Below are positions 28,487 through 39,484 of a DNA stretch of 64,000 nt, in pieces; the stretch's first letter is position 1, and each line of letters starts with the position of its first letter. Under the pieces are notes generated by a model. It ran no database searches. It was not told the DNA's origin and worked only from the letters and a program-made list of their open reading frames with translations. Both the position numbers and the translations under genes were made by a program. Origin of the DNA: a candidate division WWE3 bacterium (GTDB lineage Bacteria; Patescibacteriota; WWE3; UBA101185; UBA10185); NCBI GenBank assembly GCA_003599255.1, contig QZJF01000021.1, positions 2,287 to 66,286 on the forward strand, read 5' to 3'.

Positions 28487-28663
28487 TTAATGCAGTCTCT
28501 GAACCTCTTTGTGAATAGTATGTCTCTTGAGTTTAGGGTTGTACTTCTTTATCTGAAGTTTTTCGGTAGTATTGACCTTGTTTTTCTGAGTAACGTAGGA
28601 TCTCATCCCGGTCTCAGTGCATTCAAGCCCTATTAAGTTGCGATTACCTTTTTTCTTTGCCAT
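28487..28663 (-). CDS. rpmG: 50S ribosomal protein L33
   Basis: [19 protein letters not shown]...[15 protein letters not shown] matches the bL33 consensus; start trimmed to MAKKK. Confidence 0.85.
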   Translation of the reverse strand: MAKKKGNRNLIGLECTETGMRSYVTQKNKVNTTEKLQIKKYNPKLKRHTIHKEVQRLH

Positions 28664-28706
28664 CCGGTGCAATATATAATAAAATCAACTAAATTTCAAC
28701 ACTTAA

Positions 28707-31139
28707 ATGGAAAATTACAATCACAGGCAAATTGAAGACAATTGGAAAGAAAAATGGTTCTCGGATAATCTTTACGAGGCGGTAGATTTCTCGGAAAAAC
28801 CTAAGAAGTACATACTGGCCGAATTACCCTACCCTTCAGGTAAATTTTTGCATGTCGGTCACATGATGAGATACACAGTTCCAGAAATTTACTCAAGGTT
28901 TTTAAGAATGCGAGGGTATAACGTACTATTCCCAATGGGTTGGGACTGTTTCGGTCTACCGGCAGAAACGTTTGCCCAAAAAGAAGGCATTACGCCGCAA
29001 GAGGCCATTTCGAAAGCAACAAAAGATTATAAAGACGCCATGATGTCTATGGGTTATGCTATAGACTGGAACCGTGAGATAAATACTTCGGAACCTGCAT
29101 ATTACAAATGGACTCAAAAAATGTTTCTGGTTCTCTGGAAAAGAGGTTTGGCAAAACAGCAAGAGATGCCTGTCTGGTGGTGTGAAGAGCTTGGTGTTTT
29201 GGCTGACGAAGAAGTATTACCTTCAAAAGATGGAAAAGGTAAAATTTCCGAACGTGGTGGGTACCCCGTAAAAAGAAAAATGTATAGACAGTGGGTCCTT
29301 GATATACCCGCCTATGCTGACAGATTGATTGATGATTTGGGTAAAGTTGACTATGAGGAGTCAGTAAAAATTGCACAAAAAAACTGGATCGGTAAGAAGG
29401 ACGGTGCCTTGGTGACTTTTAATGTAGAGGGGGAGTCAGTAGAAGTTTTTACAACGCGTCCTGACACATTATTTGGCGTTACTTTTTTGGCTATTTCACC
29501 ACAACATCCTGTTATTGAAAAACTAAAAGAAAAAATTTCAAACATCAATGACGTATCAGAATATATCGAAAAGTCCAAAAACCTAACTGATCTTGAAAAA
29601 CAGACAAAAATTAAAACAGGAGTTCAACTCATTGGTGTCTATGCAAGACATCCGTTAAACTCTCAAATGACAAAAATTCCCGTTCTTGTGGCAGATTATA
29701 TACTAACTGACTATGGTACCGGAGCGATTATGGGCGTACCTGCACACGATGAAAGGGATTACGAGTTTGCTGTAAAGTATAACTTGGAGGTCAAAAAAGT
29801 AATCGAGTTTCCCCAAGATAAAAACGATACCCCCTACTTTACTGGGGAGGGTGTTGTGATTAATTCTGAGGAATATAGCGGGCAAAATTCACAAGTATGC
29901 AGACAAGATATTGTAAAAAAAATTGAAAGTTTGGGGTTGGGTAAAGGAGCTACAACATATAAACTTAGACCCCAGATTTTCTCAAGACAACGATACTGGG
30001 GTGAACCTATTCCACTAATATACAAACACGACGGAAATATTGAGGCTGTTACAGAAGAAAATCTGCCTGTGGAGCTTCCCGTGATGAAAGACTTTCTTGT
30101 AGGAAAAGACGGTAAAAGTCCGTTGGAAAAAAATATGGAGTGGAACACCACAATAGACTCAGAGGGAAACCCAGCTAAAAGAGAAACAGATACAATGCCT
30201 ACATGGGCAGGATCAAATTGGTATTACATGAGGTATATCGATCCACATAATACAGTTACACCCGCGGATGTTGCGAAATTAAAGTATTGGCTCCCCGTTG
30301 ACTTATATTTTGGCGATGCAGGTCATACTACGGCGCATCTCTTATATTCAAGATTTTGGTTTAAAGTACTTTACGACGAAGGAATTGTCCCTATCGATGA
30401 ACCCTATATGTACAGAATGAGCGGAGGTATGCTTCTTGGTGAAGACGGTGGAAAGATGTCGAAATCACGGGGAAATGTCGTCAATCCAAAAGATGAACTT
30501 GAAAAACACGGCGCTGATGCACTAAGAACATATCTTGCATTCATTGGTCCATATGAAGACACTTATCCGTGGAACCCAAAGGGACTTCACGCCTGCGCTA
30601 AACTGGTTAGAACAATATATAACCTAAAAACTCTTGTTTCAGAAAAAGCCGATGAGTCTGCTGAAACAACAAGAATATTAAATAAAACAATTAAGAACAT
30701 GACGGAAATGATGGACAATCTAAAGATGAATACAGCTGTTAGCGAAATAATGATTTTTACGAATCACATAAAAAATCTCGCAGGTATAAAGAAAGAAACG
30801 TGGGAAACTTTCCTGGTTCTCATAGCACCGTTTATGCCTTTCACGGCAGAAGAATTGTGGCAGGAATCCAATAATTATAGCAAATGGCAAAAAACAAATA
30901 GTATTCATTTACAGATGTGGCCTAAATATAACGAAGAACTTGTCATCGAGAAAATCACTGAACTGCCTGTGCAAATTAACGGAAAGCTTAGATCCGAAGT
31001 CACTATATCGGACAAGGACAATGAAGATACTTTAAAACAAAAGTTACTTCAAGATGAAAGAGTTATAAAACATCTAGGAGGTAAAGAAATAAAAAAGATC
31101 ATTTATGTAAAAGATAAAATAGTTAACTTAATTGCTTAA
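28707..31139 (+). CDS. leuS: leucine--tRNA ligase
   Basis: HMMRY (HIGH-class) motif and KMSKS; 810 aa. Confidence 0.95.
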   Translation: MENYNHRQIEDNWKEKWFSDNLYEAVDFSEKPKKYILAELPYPSGKFLHVGHMMRYTVPEIYSRFLRMRGYNVLFPMGWDCFGLPAETFAQKEGITPQEAISKATKDYKDAMMSMGYAIDWNREINTSEPAYYKWTQKMFLVLWKRGLAKQQEMPVWWCEELGVLADEEVLPSKDGKGKISERGGYPVKRKMYRQWVLDIPAYADRLIDDLGKVDYEESVKIAQKNWIGKKDGALVTFNVEGESVEVFTTRPDTLFGVTFLAISPQHPVIEKLKEKISNINDVSEYIEKSKNLTDLEKQTKIKTGVQLIGVYARHPLNSQMTKIPVLVADYILTDYGTGAIMGVPAHDERDYEFAVKYNLEVKKVIEFPQDKNDTPYFTGEGVVINSEEYSGQNSQVCRQDIVKKIESLGLGKGATTYKLRPQIFSRQRYWGEPIPLIYKHDGNIEAVTEENLPVELPVMKDFLVGKDGKSPLEKNMEWNTTIDSEGNPAKRETDTMPTWAGSNWYYMRYIDPHNTVTPADVAKLKYWLPVDLYFGDAGHTTAHLLYSRFWFKVLYDEGIVPIDEPYMYRMSGGMLLGEDGGKMSKSRGNVVNPKDELEKHGADALRTYLAFIGPYEDTYPWNPKGLHACAKLVRTIYNLKTLVSEKADESAETTRILNKTIKNMTEMMDNLKMNTAVSEIMIFTNHIKNLAGIKKETWETFLVLIAPFMPFTAEELWQESNNYSKWQKTNSIHLQMWPKYNEELVIEKITELPVQINGKLRSEVTISDKDNEDTLKQKLLQDERVIKHLGGKEIKKIIYVKDKIVNLIA

Positions 31140-31190
31140 ATCCCAAGTCAATATCAAAAAAAATTAGAAAATAGAAGGTATAATACACTT

Positions 31191-31964
31191 ATGACAATTA
31201 CAATAAAAAGTCCCGATGAGATAAAGATCATGCGGGAAGCTGGAAAAATCCTTGCAAAGATAATGACAGCGCTTAAAAGTGAGATTCGTGTTGGCAGGGA
31301 CTTATGGGACATAGAAATAAAGTTTTTAGATTATTGCCGTCAGTACAACGTTATTCCGGCATGTAAGGGCTACACTGCTATGGGATTTCTACCTCCATTC
31401 CCAACCGGTTTATGTGTGAGCACAAATGAGGAATCCGTCCATTGTTTTCCTTCAAAAGGTGAAATTGTAAAAGATGGAGATTTAATCACAATTGATACTG
31501 TTATAAGCTACAAGGGCCTTCATGTTGACGCCGCGTTTACCGTAGGTGCAGGAAATGTAAAATCTTCAAATATTAAGTTTATGAACACGGCTAAAAAGGC
31601 ATTGCTGGAATCTGTGGAATTAGTAAAAGAAGGTGTGAAAGTTGGGGTTATATCAAATAAAATACAAACTATTGTTGAAGCCGCAGGATACAGTGTATTA
31701 AAAGATTACGCCGGACATGGGATAGGTAAAAGCATGCACGAGTTACCCGAAATACCCTGTTACGGCAAGCCAACAGACGGACCGGTTCTCGAAAGAGGCA
31801 TGACAATTTGCATTGAAACATTGGTATCAGAGGGTAAACCTACTATTAAGTACGTCAGCGACTGGGAAACAGAAATGAAAGACGGAAAAAATTTTGTTCA
31901 ATACGAATATACATTATTGGTAAAAGAGAAAGGTTATGAAATCCTAACTGATTTTGAGGTATAA
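31191..31964 (+). CDS. map: type I methionine aminopeptidase
   Basis: 257 aa; pita-bread-fold metal ligands (D..D, H, E, E) in conserved order. Confidence 0.9.
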   Translation: MTITIKSPDEIKIMREAGKILAKIMTALKSEIRVGRDLWDIEIKFLDYCRQYNVIPACKGYTAMGFLPPFPTGLCVSTNEESVHCFPSKGEIVKDGDLITIDTVISYKGLHVDAAFTVGAGNVKSSNIKFMNTAKKALLESVELVKEGVKVGVISNKIQTIVEAAGYSVLKDYAGHGIGKSMHELPEIPCYGKPTDGPVLERGMTICIETLVSEGKPTIKYVSDWETEMKDGKNFVQYEYTLLVKEKGYEILTDFEV

Positions 31965-31967
31965 TGC

Positions 31968-33089
31968 ATGGGTTTTATGGATATTAAAGAAATATTAGCA
32001 AACAGGCAGTCAAATATCAGTTCACCTCAAAACAGAGGTATTTTTGTTCTATTACGCTGGATTTTAGCATTCTTGGGATTCATTCTCATTGCTGGTTTAT
32101 TATTTCCTACGGCGGTTGGAGCGATTTTAAACTTTATATGGGTCACATTGCTCGCAATCGTCGTTACATTCTTCACACTGGGTATCCTAGTCATAGTAGG
32201 ATTACGACAAGAAGCAAGTCATATCTTGGACATTTTATTTGAGGGATCTCTTACTTTTCTGGACCTGGCTGATTTTATCAGGATAGTTTACAGAAGATTC
32301 ATCGAAGTTCTAAAGGAATTTCTGGTCTTCGCCGCGCCGGTCTTTGCATATGTACTTACTTTTGTTTTATATGTTTTGTTGCTTATTTTATACAAATGGG
32401 TAGGAAGAAGTTTTGATGTAGCTATTTTCACAATAATACTTACTTTTCTTCTTGTTTATTTGTTCGGTTTCTTTAACCGTCCAAAACCTGATCCCGCTGA
32501 AGAGGATCTAACGTGGAGAGATGTCTTTAAGAAGCGGTTTAGAGGTGGGTTCATTGACGGATTTGAAATTGTTTTGTTTGTATTCTTTTTGACCATGGAT
32601 AGCACCAGAGTGTTCTTTTTGCCCGAGAGTCTCAATGTAGAGTTAAAAGCAAAACTTGGGGGGTATGATTTGATGGTTCGAAGCTTTATTTACACTGATC
32701 ATATGAAAATTACAGTGAATCTAATCATAATTACAATAATTACTGAAATATTCAGAAACACTATGAAAGTTATAGCAGGTGCTCGAAAGCATTATATTTC
32801 AGACAGATCATTCGATGAAACAAAAGTGGCGGCCTATTCCAGAAGTCTACGTATAAAGAACGCAATAAGAAAGAGTTTTAACGACGCAAAAGATGACCTT
32901 GTTAAGTTTATTACGTTTACTACGGTGCTTTTTGGTGCATTCATGTTCTTCCCAAGACTAAAATTACTTACTCTTGGGGTAGCAAGTGTAACAAACCTGT
33001 TTCTGGACATAATACTTCCCGAAAGATTGACATCACAAAAGAGCAGCGATCTGCTGTCCAGAGTAATTGTTAAAGTATTTAAGCTTTAA
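31968..33089 (+). CDS. hypothetical polytopic membrane protein
   Basis: 373 aa, multiple TM helices, 4-nt gap after map. Confidence 0.55.
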   Translation: MGFMDIKEILANRQSNISSPQNRGIFVLLRWILAFLGFILIAGLLFPTAVGAILNFIWVTLLAIVVTFFTLGILVIVGLRQEASHILDILFEGSLTFLDLADFIRIVYRRFIEVLKEFLVFAAPVFAYVLTFVLYVLLLILYKWVGRSFDVAIFTIILTFLLVYLFGFFNRPKPDPAEEDLTWRDVFKKRFRGGFIDGFEIVLFVFFLTMDSTRVFFLPESLNVELKAKLGGYDLMVRSFIYTDHMKITVNLIIITIITEIFRNTMKVIAGARKHYISDRSFDETKVAAYSRSLRIKNAIRKSFNDAKDDLVKFITFTTVLFGAFMFFPRLKLLTLGVASVTNLFLDIILPERLTSQKSSDLLSRVIVKVFKL

Positions 33090-34338
33090 CAGCCTATCTA
33101 TGCCAAATAAACCACTCGCCGAAATACTGAGACCTGCAAAACTGCAGGACTTTGTAGGACAAACTCATCTAACAGGAGAATCAGGACTTATCACTAAAAT
33201 ATTAGCAGGGTCCAAAAAAACAGGGTTCTTTCCCTCTATAGTTTTATGGGGTCCCCCGGGATGCGGTAAAACTACTTTGGCACGAATTCTTTCAAGTGAA
33301 TTAAACAGAGATTTCTACGAATTTTCCGCGGTAAATTCCTCTGTAAAAGACATTGAAAAGATTATTCCGAAAAAATCCGCATTTAAAAAACAAAAAGAAC
33401 TAATATCTGTCGAAGACCCCGAAAAAAAAGCAACACTATCCCCTATTGTTTTTATTGACGAAATACACAGATTCAATAAAGCTCAGCAAGATGCTTTACT
33501 TCCTTTCGTAGAACAGGGAACAATAATCTTTATTGGGGCAACTACTGAAAATCCTTCTTTTGAAGTAATCAGTCCTCTTTTATCAAGAACCAGGGTTCTT
33601 ATTCTAAATCAGTTAACAAAAGAAGACTTAGAAAAAATAATCGATAAAGGACTGCAGTCAATATCAAAAGAAATGGACGCGGATTCAAAAGATTATCTTG
33701 TTGAGGCATCAAACGGAGATGCTCGCATCTGCATAAATGTTTTGGAAATTGCATCAAATATAAGTACTAAAGATAAAATCACTTTGGAAAACATTAAAGA
33801 TGCGTTTCAGAATAAAAGTCTGATGTTTGATCTGCGGGGTGAGGAATACTATAACACCATTTCAGCGTTGCATAAGTCAATACGAGCCTCGGATCCTGAT
33901 GCATCGTTGTATTGGCTAGCAAGAATGTTGGAAGCGGGACAGGACCCTCTTTACATTGCCAGAAGATTAATAAGAGTTGCGTCCGAAGACATTGGAATCT
34001 CCGATCCACAGGCGTTAATTATTGCTACTTCCTGTTTTTATGCATGTAATACTTTGGGAATGCCTGAGTGCAACTTGGCTTTATCGGAAACTGTTGTGTA
34101 TCTTTCTAAAGCCCCAAAATCAAATAAATTGTACATTGCCTACAGCAAAGCTGCGGAAGACGTAAAAAAACATGGAAATCTGCCCGTGCCACTGCACATC
34201 AGAAATCCTGTTACCAAAATGATGAAAGAGATTGGATATGGAAAGGGATATAACTATCACCACAGTCCTGAAGGTGAAAAGCTAGAGGAAGAGAATTACT
34301 TTCCTGAAGAGCTGAGAGGAACAAAGTACCTGAATTGA
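33067..34338 (+). CDS. rarA: replication-associated recombination protein A (AAA+ ATPase)
   Basis: LRP..L.DFVGQ.HL N-terminus, Walker A GPPGCGKTT, sensor and MgsA C-terminal region. Confidence 0.85.
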   Translation: MLKYLSFNSLSMPNKPLAEILRPAKLQDFVGQTHLTGESGLITKILAGSKKTGFFPSIVLWGPPGCGKTTLARILSSELNRDFYEFSAVNSSVKDIEKIIPKKSAFKKQKELISVEDPEKKATLSPIVFIDEIHRFNKAQQDALLPFVEQGTIIFIGATTENPSFEVISPLLSRTRVLILNQLTKEDLEKIIDKGLQSISKEMDADSKDYLVEASNGDARICINVLEIASNISTKDKITLENIKDAFQNKSLMFDLRGEEYYNTISALHKSIRASDPDASLYWLARMLEAGQDPLYIARRLIRVASEDIGISDPQALIIATSCFYACNTLGMPECNLALSETVVYLSKAPKSNKLYIAYSKAAEDVKKHGNLPVPLHIRNPVTKMMKEIGYGKGYNYHHSPEGEKLEEENYFPEELRGTKYLN

Positions 34339-34408
34339 CGCCGACATTTAAATACTATAAGATAGCTCCATCATTAACCAAAAAACTCACCTAGAAAGGA
34401 AGGAGTAT

Positions 34409-35236
34409 ATGTTGGTCTACAGTAGACTTGGAAGTATTGGCCTTGGCGTTGTTCTTGGGGTCATATTCAACATTTCCCATCAGGGCAATGTGGATACTTA
34501 CACTGCAGTGCTTTTCGCACTTATTTCCCTTGCAAGTAACCTGAGTGTTCAGCTCATGTGGGAAATTGTGCGGTACACCATGGCAAAGAAAAAGGGGTTA
34601 GACGAGGGTGTAAAAATACCCGGCATACGCCTTGACTTTCAGTATGCGAAATATGCTACTTATGCAACGCTACTTGTCACAGGCATACACCCGCTTCTTA
34701 CGGGGACTCTTAGGAATAACCTTGTATCACAAGGTATATCTATTTGGATTTTTCCGTTAGCCCTGATATTGGTTGCCGAAATAGCCAGGAAGCGCCGATT
34801 GGATCTGCAGGATATGGGATTTCAGGTTTTCAGAGGCGAAAGCTCGTTGGAAATCGCAACTGAGAAGCTGAAAAAATTCTACGAAAACCCTGATACCCTC
34901 AACATCTGGTGGATCCCAACAAATTACGGGCCGATAATGAGAACGCTGCGATGGTCGTTCTTCTGGATACTTAACATGGAGCTCATCCTGAAGACGAGGG
35001 ATATGCTAAACAGCATTGCAGGACCACAAGGAAACTTCTTTGATCTTGTGGCAAAGCTGCTTAACCAAAGCGGAAACGATCTTGTGTTAGTTATGACACT
35101 CGTCTTTCCGTTCGTCTTTGCATTCAGAGCGATCACCGAGGCCTGGTTTGGATTTAAGGATTTGGGGTACATTGTCGAGTCAGAAAGATTTAAAACCGGC
35201 GAAAAGTCCTCGTACTCCGTGATCTCAAACCAATAA
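34409..35236 (+). CDS. hypothetical membrane protein
   Basis: 275 aa with several TM helices; AGGAG RBS. Confidence 0.5.
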   Translation: MLVYSRLGSIGLGVVLGVIFNISHQGNVDTYTAVLFALISLASNLSVQLMWEIVRYTMAKKKGLDEGVKIPGIRLDFQYAKYATYATLLVTGIHPLLTGTLRNNLVSQGISIWIFPLALILVAEIARKRRLDLQDMGFQVFRGESSLEIATEKLKKFYENPDTLNIWWIPTNYGPIMRTLRWSFFWILNMELILKTRDMLNSIAGPQGNFFDLVAKLLNQSGNDLVLVMTLVFPFVFAFRAITEAWFGFKDLGYIVESERFKTGEKSSYSVISNQ

Positions 35237-35349
35237 CAGAACTGCTCTAAAGGGCACAAAGCGACCATAAATCCTTTGTGCCTTTTTTATTAAAAAAATG
35301 GGCGATAAACGTGCGGATAAATCCGACGCAAATCGCCCAAACGGACAGT

Positions 35350-36099
35350 CTATTTCTTGAACCTTAATGTCACTTTCGTTGCAGGAATCACGATGTGGCC
35401 CAGCGCCCCTTCAATTTCTACTTCAAAAGGCGTTTCGCGAGAAATCTCAAGAGTATCCGAAAGTTCAAATGAAGCGCGGATTCCCTGGATTGACGGGCTT
35501 GTCCCAGAAACGGTAAGGGGCTCCTGAATGCCGGTCTCGGCTTCCTTAGAAGGTTGTTCTTGGGGCTCCTGGTAAACAAGATATTCTCCCTGCCGAATAA
35601 CTTGGCCGGTCCTGTAAATACCCTTCATGATTGGCCCCCACCTCTTTCCGGTGACTGTGTAACCTATGAGATCCCCAACTCTTCGCTGTAGATCGTCCAT
35701 AAGCACACGCCCTGCATCGGTAATTACAAGAACTACCGCATCTGAAATAGCTTGCCTCTCTTCCGGTGTAGTGGTATCTAAAACTCTATAACTCGGTTCC
35801 ATAACGGAAACTCCTCCTTCAACAAGCGGTTGATTACTCTTTGTAGCCGCGGCATACACTGCATGTCTTCCAATACCTTTTATGAGTACTACACCAGGCT
35901 GATCTCCTACACTGTCCCAAGCATATTCCCAACATGAGTTAGATATATGCTGGGATGCCAGATAACCAATAGCCCTTTTTGCTGACCTTTTGTTTATCCG
36001 GCTAAAGTCCATAGGACCCGACCATTTTCTTACCTGTTCAGCGAGTGCGTGTATCAGGCCTCTCATGGTCTGCCCGTCCAGCTCGTTTGGTTCTGGCAT
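35350..36099 (-). CDS. hypothetical protein, GC-rich orphan
   Basis: 249-aa ORF with ~50% GC against ~36% background; no recognisable domain. Confidence 0.55.
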   Translation of the reverse strand: MPEPNELDGQTMRGLIHALAEQVRKWSGPMDFSRINKRSAKRAIGYLASQHISNSCWEYAWDSVGDQPGVVLIKGIGRHAVYAAATKSNQPLVEGGVSVMEPSYRVLDTTTPEERQAISDAVVLVITDAGRVLMDDLQRRVGDLIGYTVTGKRWGPIMKGIYRTGQVIRQGEYLVYQEPQEQPSKEAETGIQEPLTVSGTSPSIQGIRASFELSDTLEISRETPFEVEIEGALGHIVIPATKVTLRFKK

Positions 36100-36185
36100 A
36101 CCTCATCCTTTCGTAGAATATTCAATTTTTAGAAGCAGAGTAAACCGATAGTATAGAAAAGGATTTCACGTGTCAATATACATAT

Positions 36186-36260
36186 AGAAAAAGAAAGGGC
36201 CCCCGTCAGCAAGTTCGTGAATTTTATGTCATCACGTAAGCTAAACGGGGGCTTTATTTT
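36186..36260. terminator. terminator-like hairpin with U-tracts on both sides
   Basis: GCCCCCGT ... ACGGGGGC 8-bp GC stem (36199-36252); TTTATTTT follows on the plus strand and TTTCTTTTTC on the minus strand. Confidence 0.4.
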
Positions 36261-36700
36261 CCTCTCTCCTTGGCCCTTTGAGTTTTCACTCGGTATAAAT
36301 CTTCTTCCTTCGAGGACATTGAAAGAAGATTCGGGGGATATGCCTTGGAGTGCCCGGGTGTTACTCTTGTCTCGCGACAGGAGTGTTCTCTGTAAAATTA
36401 CCAGAGAAAGCAAACTCGCCTATTCCCTCTTTCGAATCTGCCGTCAAGGTTGCCTACCCCTTAGAGTTTGTTTCTGTGCAAATCGCTCCTGCGTATCGCC
36501 TTTCCAGAACCTCGACCTTTCACCGGATCGATCCATACGCAATTGGGGATTCGACGCCTATATTTTCACTGGCACAGTCAGGCGGCTTGAGCACGAAGCT
36601 AATAGATAAGCCGCAAAACTTTTCGATGCGGGTAATTTATCATAATCAGAATCAATTGTCAACACTATAGGTCCTAGTTTGCGCAAATATTTGGTAAATA
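36261..36700. ncRNA. candidate structured non-coding RNA (unassigned; tmRNA-like motifs)
   Basis: About 450 nt with no dominant ORF on either strand, GC-enriched, bounded by a hairpin terminator; contains GGGGATTCGACG and GGCGGCTT...AAGCCGCAAAAC (resembles tmRNA 5' domain and PK1) on the plus strand; strand and identity unresolved. Confidence 0.25.
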
Positions 36701-36741
36701 ATCCTCGTTGAGATACCATAAGGTAAGTATTTTAACTACTT

Positions 36742-39195
36742 ATGAATGCTGCCCAAGAAATTAAAGGACTTACTTCAGCACAAGCTGAACAGCTGCTAAA
36801 GGAACATGGGAGCAACAAGCTACCTGAATCCCCTCCCCCAACAGATATTGAGATTTTTCTATCACAACTGAAAAGCCCCCTGGTCTATATACTGATCGGT
36901 GCCGGATTAGTCACTGCAATTCTAAAGGAAATCCCGGACACTATAATTATTGCCGCCGCAGTATTTATTAACACTATTCTAGGATTTATTCAGGAAAGAA
37001 ACGCAAATCACGCTCTGGAGGCTTTGAAAAAAATGATCCACCCTTATGTAAAAGTTTTACGTGATGAAACTGTACAAACCATTGAAGTGGAATACCTGGT
37101 ACCCGGAGATATAGTCTATTTAAATCAAGGAGATAAAATTCCCGCCGATGGGAAACTGATTGAGCTAAACAGATTTTTTGCTAATGAGGCTATTCTGACC
37201 GGAGAGTCGGTCCCCGTTGAAAAGAAATCCGGGGAAATAGCATATATGGGTACTATAGTTTTCGGGGGCAAGGCGACTTTACTAGTTGAAAAAACTGGCG
37301 CACATACTGAAATGGGAAAAATTGCTTCAAGTGTGGGAGGAGAAAACCAAATAACTCCTTTAGGTAAACAACTCGATTTATTTAGCAAACAACTCTCCCA
37401 ACTGGTATTTGCTCTATTGGCCATAGTTTTAGTGATTGGTGTAATTACAGGTCAGGAAATCATAGAAATGTTTAAAACAGCTGTGGCATTAGCCGTTTCA
37501 GCAATCCCTGAAGGTCTTTTAGTGGCATTAACCGTTGTTCTGGCTATCGGGATGCAAAGAATACTAGCCAGAAAAGGACTTGTCAGAAACCTTGTTTCTG
37601 CAGAAACTCTTGGGGGTGTAACGACTATATGTGTGGATAAAACCGGTACTCTGACAGAAGGCATCATGCAAGTAGAAGACATCTTCGGTGACGAGAAGAA
37701 ACTTTCTGAACAGGTTATTCTTGCCAATGACAAAGACGACCCTATTGTACTTGCCGCTTGGGAATGGGGAAAACAGAGCTTCGAAGACCCTGAAGATTAC
37801 AGAAAGAGTAACCCTGTCATAGACAGTATTCCATTCGATTCTAACTTACGTATCTTCACATCTTTAAACAAGTTAAATGACATTGGGGTAATTTTCATCA
37901 ACGGTGCACCGGAAGTTATTTTAGACAGATGTAATATTGAGCCCGAATTAAAAAAAGAAATTCTGGATAAAATAGATCAATTGTCAAAACAGGGAAAAAG
38001 ACTCCTGGGTTTTGCCAGAAAACAGGCTAGTAACGATAAAACTTATCTAACTGTTGAAGATACCCATGAAAATTTTGAATGGGTCGGATTGTTGGGATTT
38101 TTCGATCCTGTTCGCGACGATGTTAAAGAAGCATTTGAAAAAACCCATCAAGCAGGTATTAAACTTATTGTCATCACCGGAGATTTTGCCAATACAGCCG
38201 AATACGTACTTCAACAAATGGGCATAGAAGTTCACGAGGACGACATAATTCAAGGGGATGATTTAACCAAACTTTCTGAATCGGAACTTAAAGATAAAAT
38301 TCTGGGTAACTCGAACGTAAAACTTTTCGCCAGAACAAGGCCTGAACAAAAACTAAAAATCGTGGGGATTTTGAAAGCTAACGGTGAGGTAGTCGCAATG
38401 ATGGGCGATGGTGTAAATGATGCCCCGGCAATTTCAAAATCCGACATAGGAATAGTGGTAGGAGAGGCCTCGGATGTCGCAAAAGAATCATCGGACCTGG
38501 TTTTACTGGATTCCAGATTTTCAACAATAGTAGCTGCCATTGAAGAAGGACGTGGTATCTTTGACAACATCAGAAAAATAATCCTTTATCTGATGTGTGA
38601 TGCCTTTGAAGAAATAATTTTGGTTTTATCCGCTCTTGTACTAACACTACCGTTACCAATAACAGCTGCTCAGGTTTTATGGGTAAATATTCTTTCTGAC
38701 GGATTTCCGCATCTTGCCCTTACAGTTGATCCAAAGTCAAAAAATATTATGCGTAAGCCTCCTAGACCATCCAACGAGCCTCTTGTAGTACCTTGGATGA
38801 AGAAACTAATTACAATTGTGTCGGTAACAGGAGGACTCCTGGCACTTTTAGTCTTCATATACGTTTACAACACAACCGGGGATGCTGCGTTCACAAGATC
38901 AGTTGTATTTGCCACGGTAGGTATTAACTCGCTTGTATATGTGTTCTCCATAAAAACACTCAAAGATTCCTTTTGGGAACAAAATCCTTTTAATAACTTG
39001 TGGCTGGTTGGAGCAGTAGTTGTCGGATTAATTTTACAAGTAGCACCATTTATGATTCCATTTTTACGGGATTTTCTTAAACTAGTACCTATAGGTAATT
39101 ATTGGTTATTCCCTATTGGTGCTTCCTTAATAATGTTTTTAATAATTGAGTTCGTTAAAGACGTGTTGTGGAAGGAAACTATTAGATCTTCTTAA
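36742..39195 (+). CDS. cation-transporting P-type ATPase (type II, Ca/Mg family)
   Basis: DKTGTLT phosphorylation motif, TGES, MMGDGVNDAPA hinge, 8-10 TM helices. Confidence 0.9.
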   Translation: MNAAQEIKGLTSAQAEQLLKEHGSNKLPESPPPTDIEIFLSQLKSPLVYILIGAGLVTAILKEIPDTIIIAAAVFINTILGFIQERNANHALEALKKMIHPYVKVLRDETVQTIEVEYLVPGDIVYLNQGDKIPADGKLIELNRFFANEAILTGESVPVEKKSGEIAYMGTIVFGGKATLLVEKTGAHTEMGKIASSVGGENQITPLGKQLDLFSKQLSQLVFALLAIVLVIGVITGQEIIEMFKTAVALAVSAIPEGLLVALTVVLAIGMQRILARKGLVRNLVSAETLGGVTTICVDKTGTLTEGIMQVEDIFGDEKKLSEQVILANDKDDPIVLAAWEWGKQSFEDPEDYRKSNPVIDSIPFDSNLRIFTSLNKLNDIGVIFINGAPEVILDRCNIEPELKKEILDKIDQLSKQGKRLLGFARKQASNDKTYLTVEDTHENFEWVGLLGFFDPVRDDVKEAFEKTHQAGIKLIVITGDFANTAEYVLQQMGIEVHEDDIIQGDDLTKLSESELKDKILGNSNVKLFARTRPEQKLKIVGILKANGEVVAMMGDGVNDAPAISKSDIGIVVGEASDVAKESSDLVLLDSRFSTIVAAIEEGRGIFDNIRKIILYLMCDAFEEIILVLSALVLTLPLPITAAQVLWVNILSDGFPHLALTVDPKSKNIMRKPPRPSNEPLVVPWMKKLITIVSVTGGLLALLVFIYVYNTTGDAAFTRSVVFATVGINSLVYVFSIKTLKDSFWEQNPFNNLWLVGAVVVGLILQVAPFMIPFLRDFLKLVPIGNYWLFPIGASLIMFLIIEFVKDVLWKETIRSS

Positions 39196-39484
39196 TTTAA
39201 AATTTAATATGGAAGAAAACGGAAAAAGTTAAATAAGAAAATGAAGATTTAAAAGCACGATATTCCGGTTAAAACAAATCTTAATCCGCTCTTAATCCAC
39301 ATATAGATACCATTACATTATATGGATTATAAATATATAATATCTTATAAAAATAAAAGTAAGTTAAAATCGGCTAAAGTTGATGACTATATAGTTGTGA
39401 TTATTCATTAAGTATTGAATACAAAGCCCTATAGTATATAATAGCTCCACACTCGGACAATAAAAATGAAAGGAAGAAAAAAAC

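Noticed and set aside
36129-36670. Three overlapping ORFs (94, 130, 106 aa) in the 36.1-36.7 kb interval
   Set aside because: Mutually overlapping on both strands, no RBS, nonsense-like composition; the interval is better explained as non-coding (structured RNA or leader).
36545-36900. Full-length plus-strand tmRNA starting at GGGGATTCGACG
   Set aside because: A ~350-nt tmRNA from this start would overlap the well-supported P-type ATPase start (36742) and no T-arm/CCA 3' end is visible; kept only as an unassigned RNA candidate.
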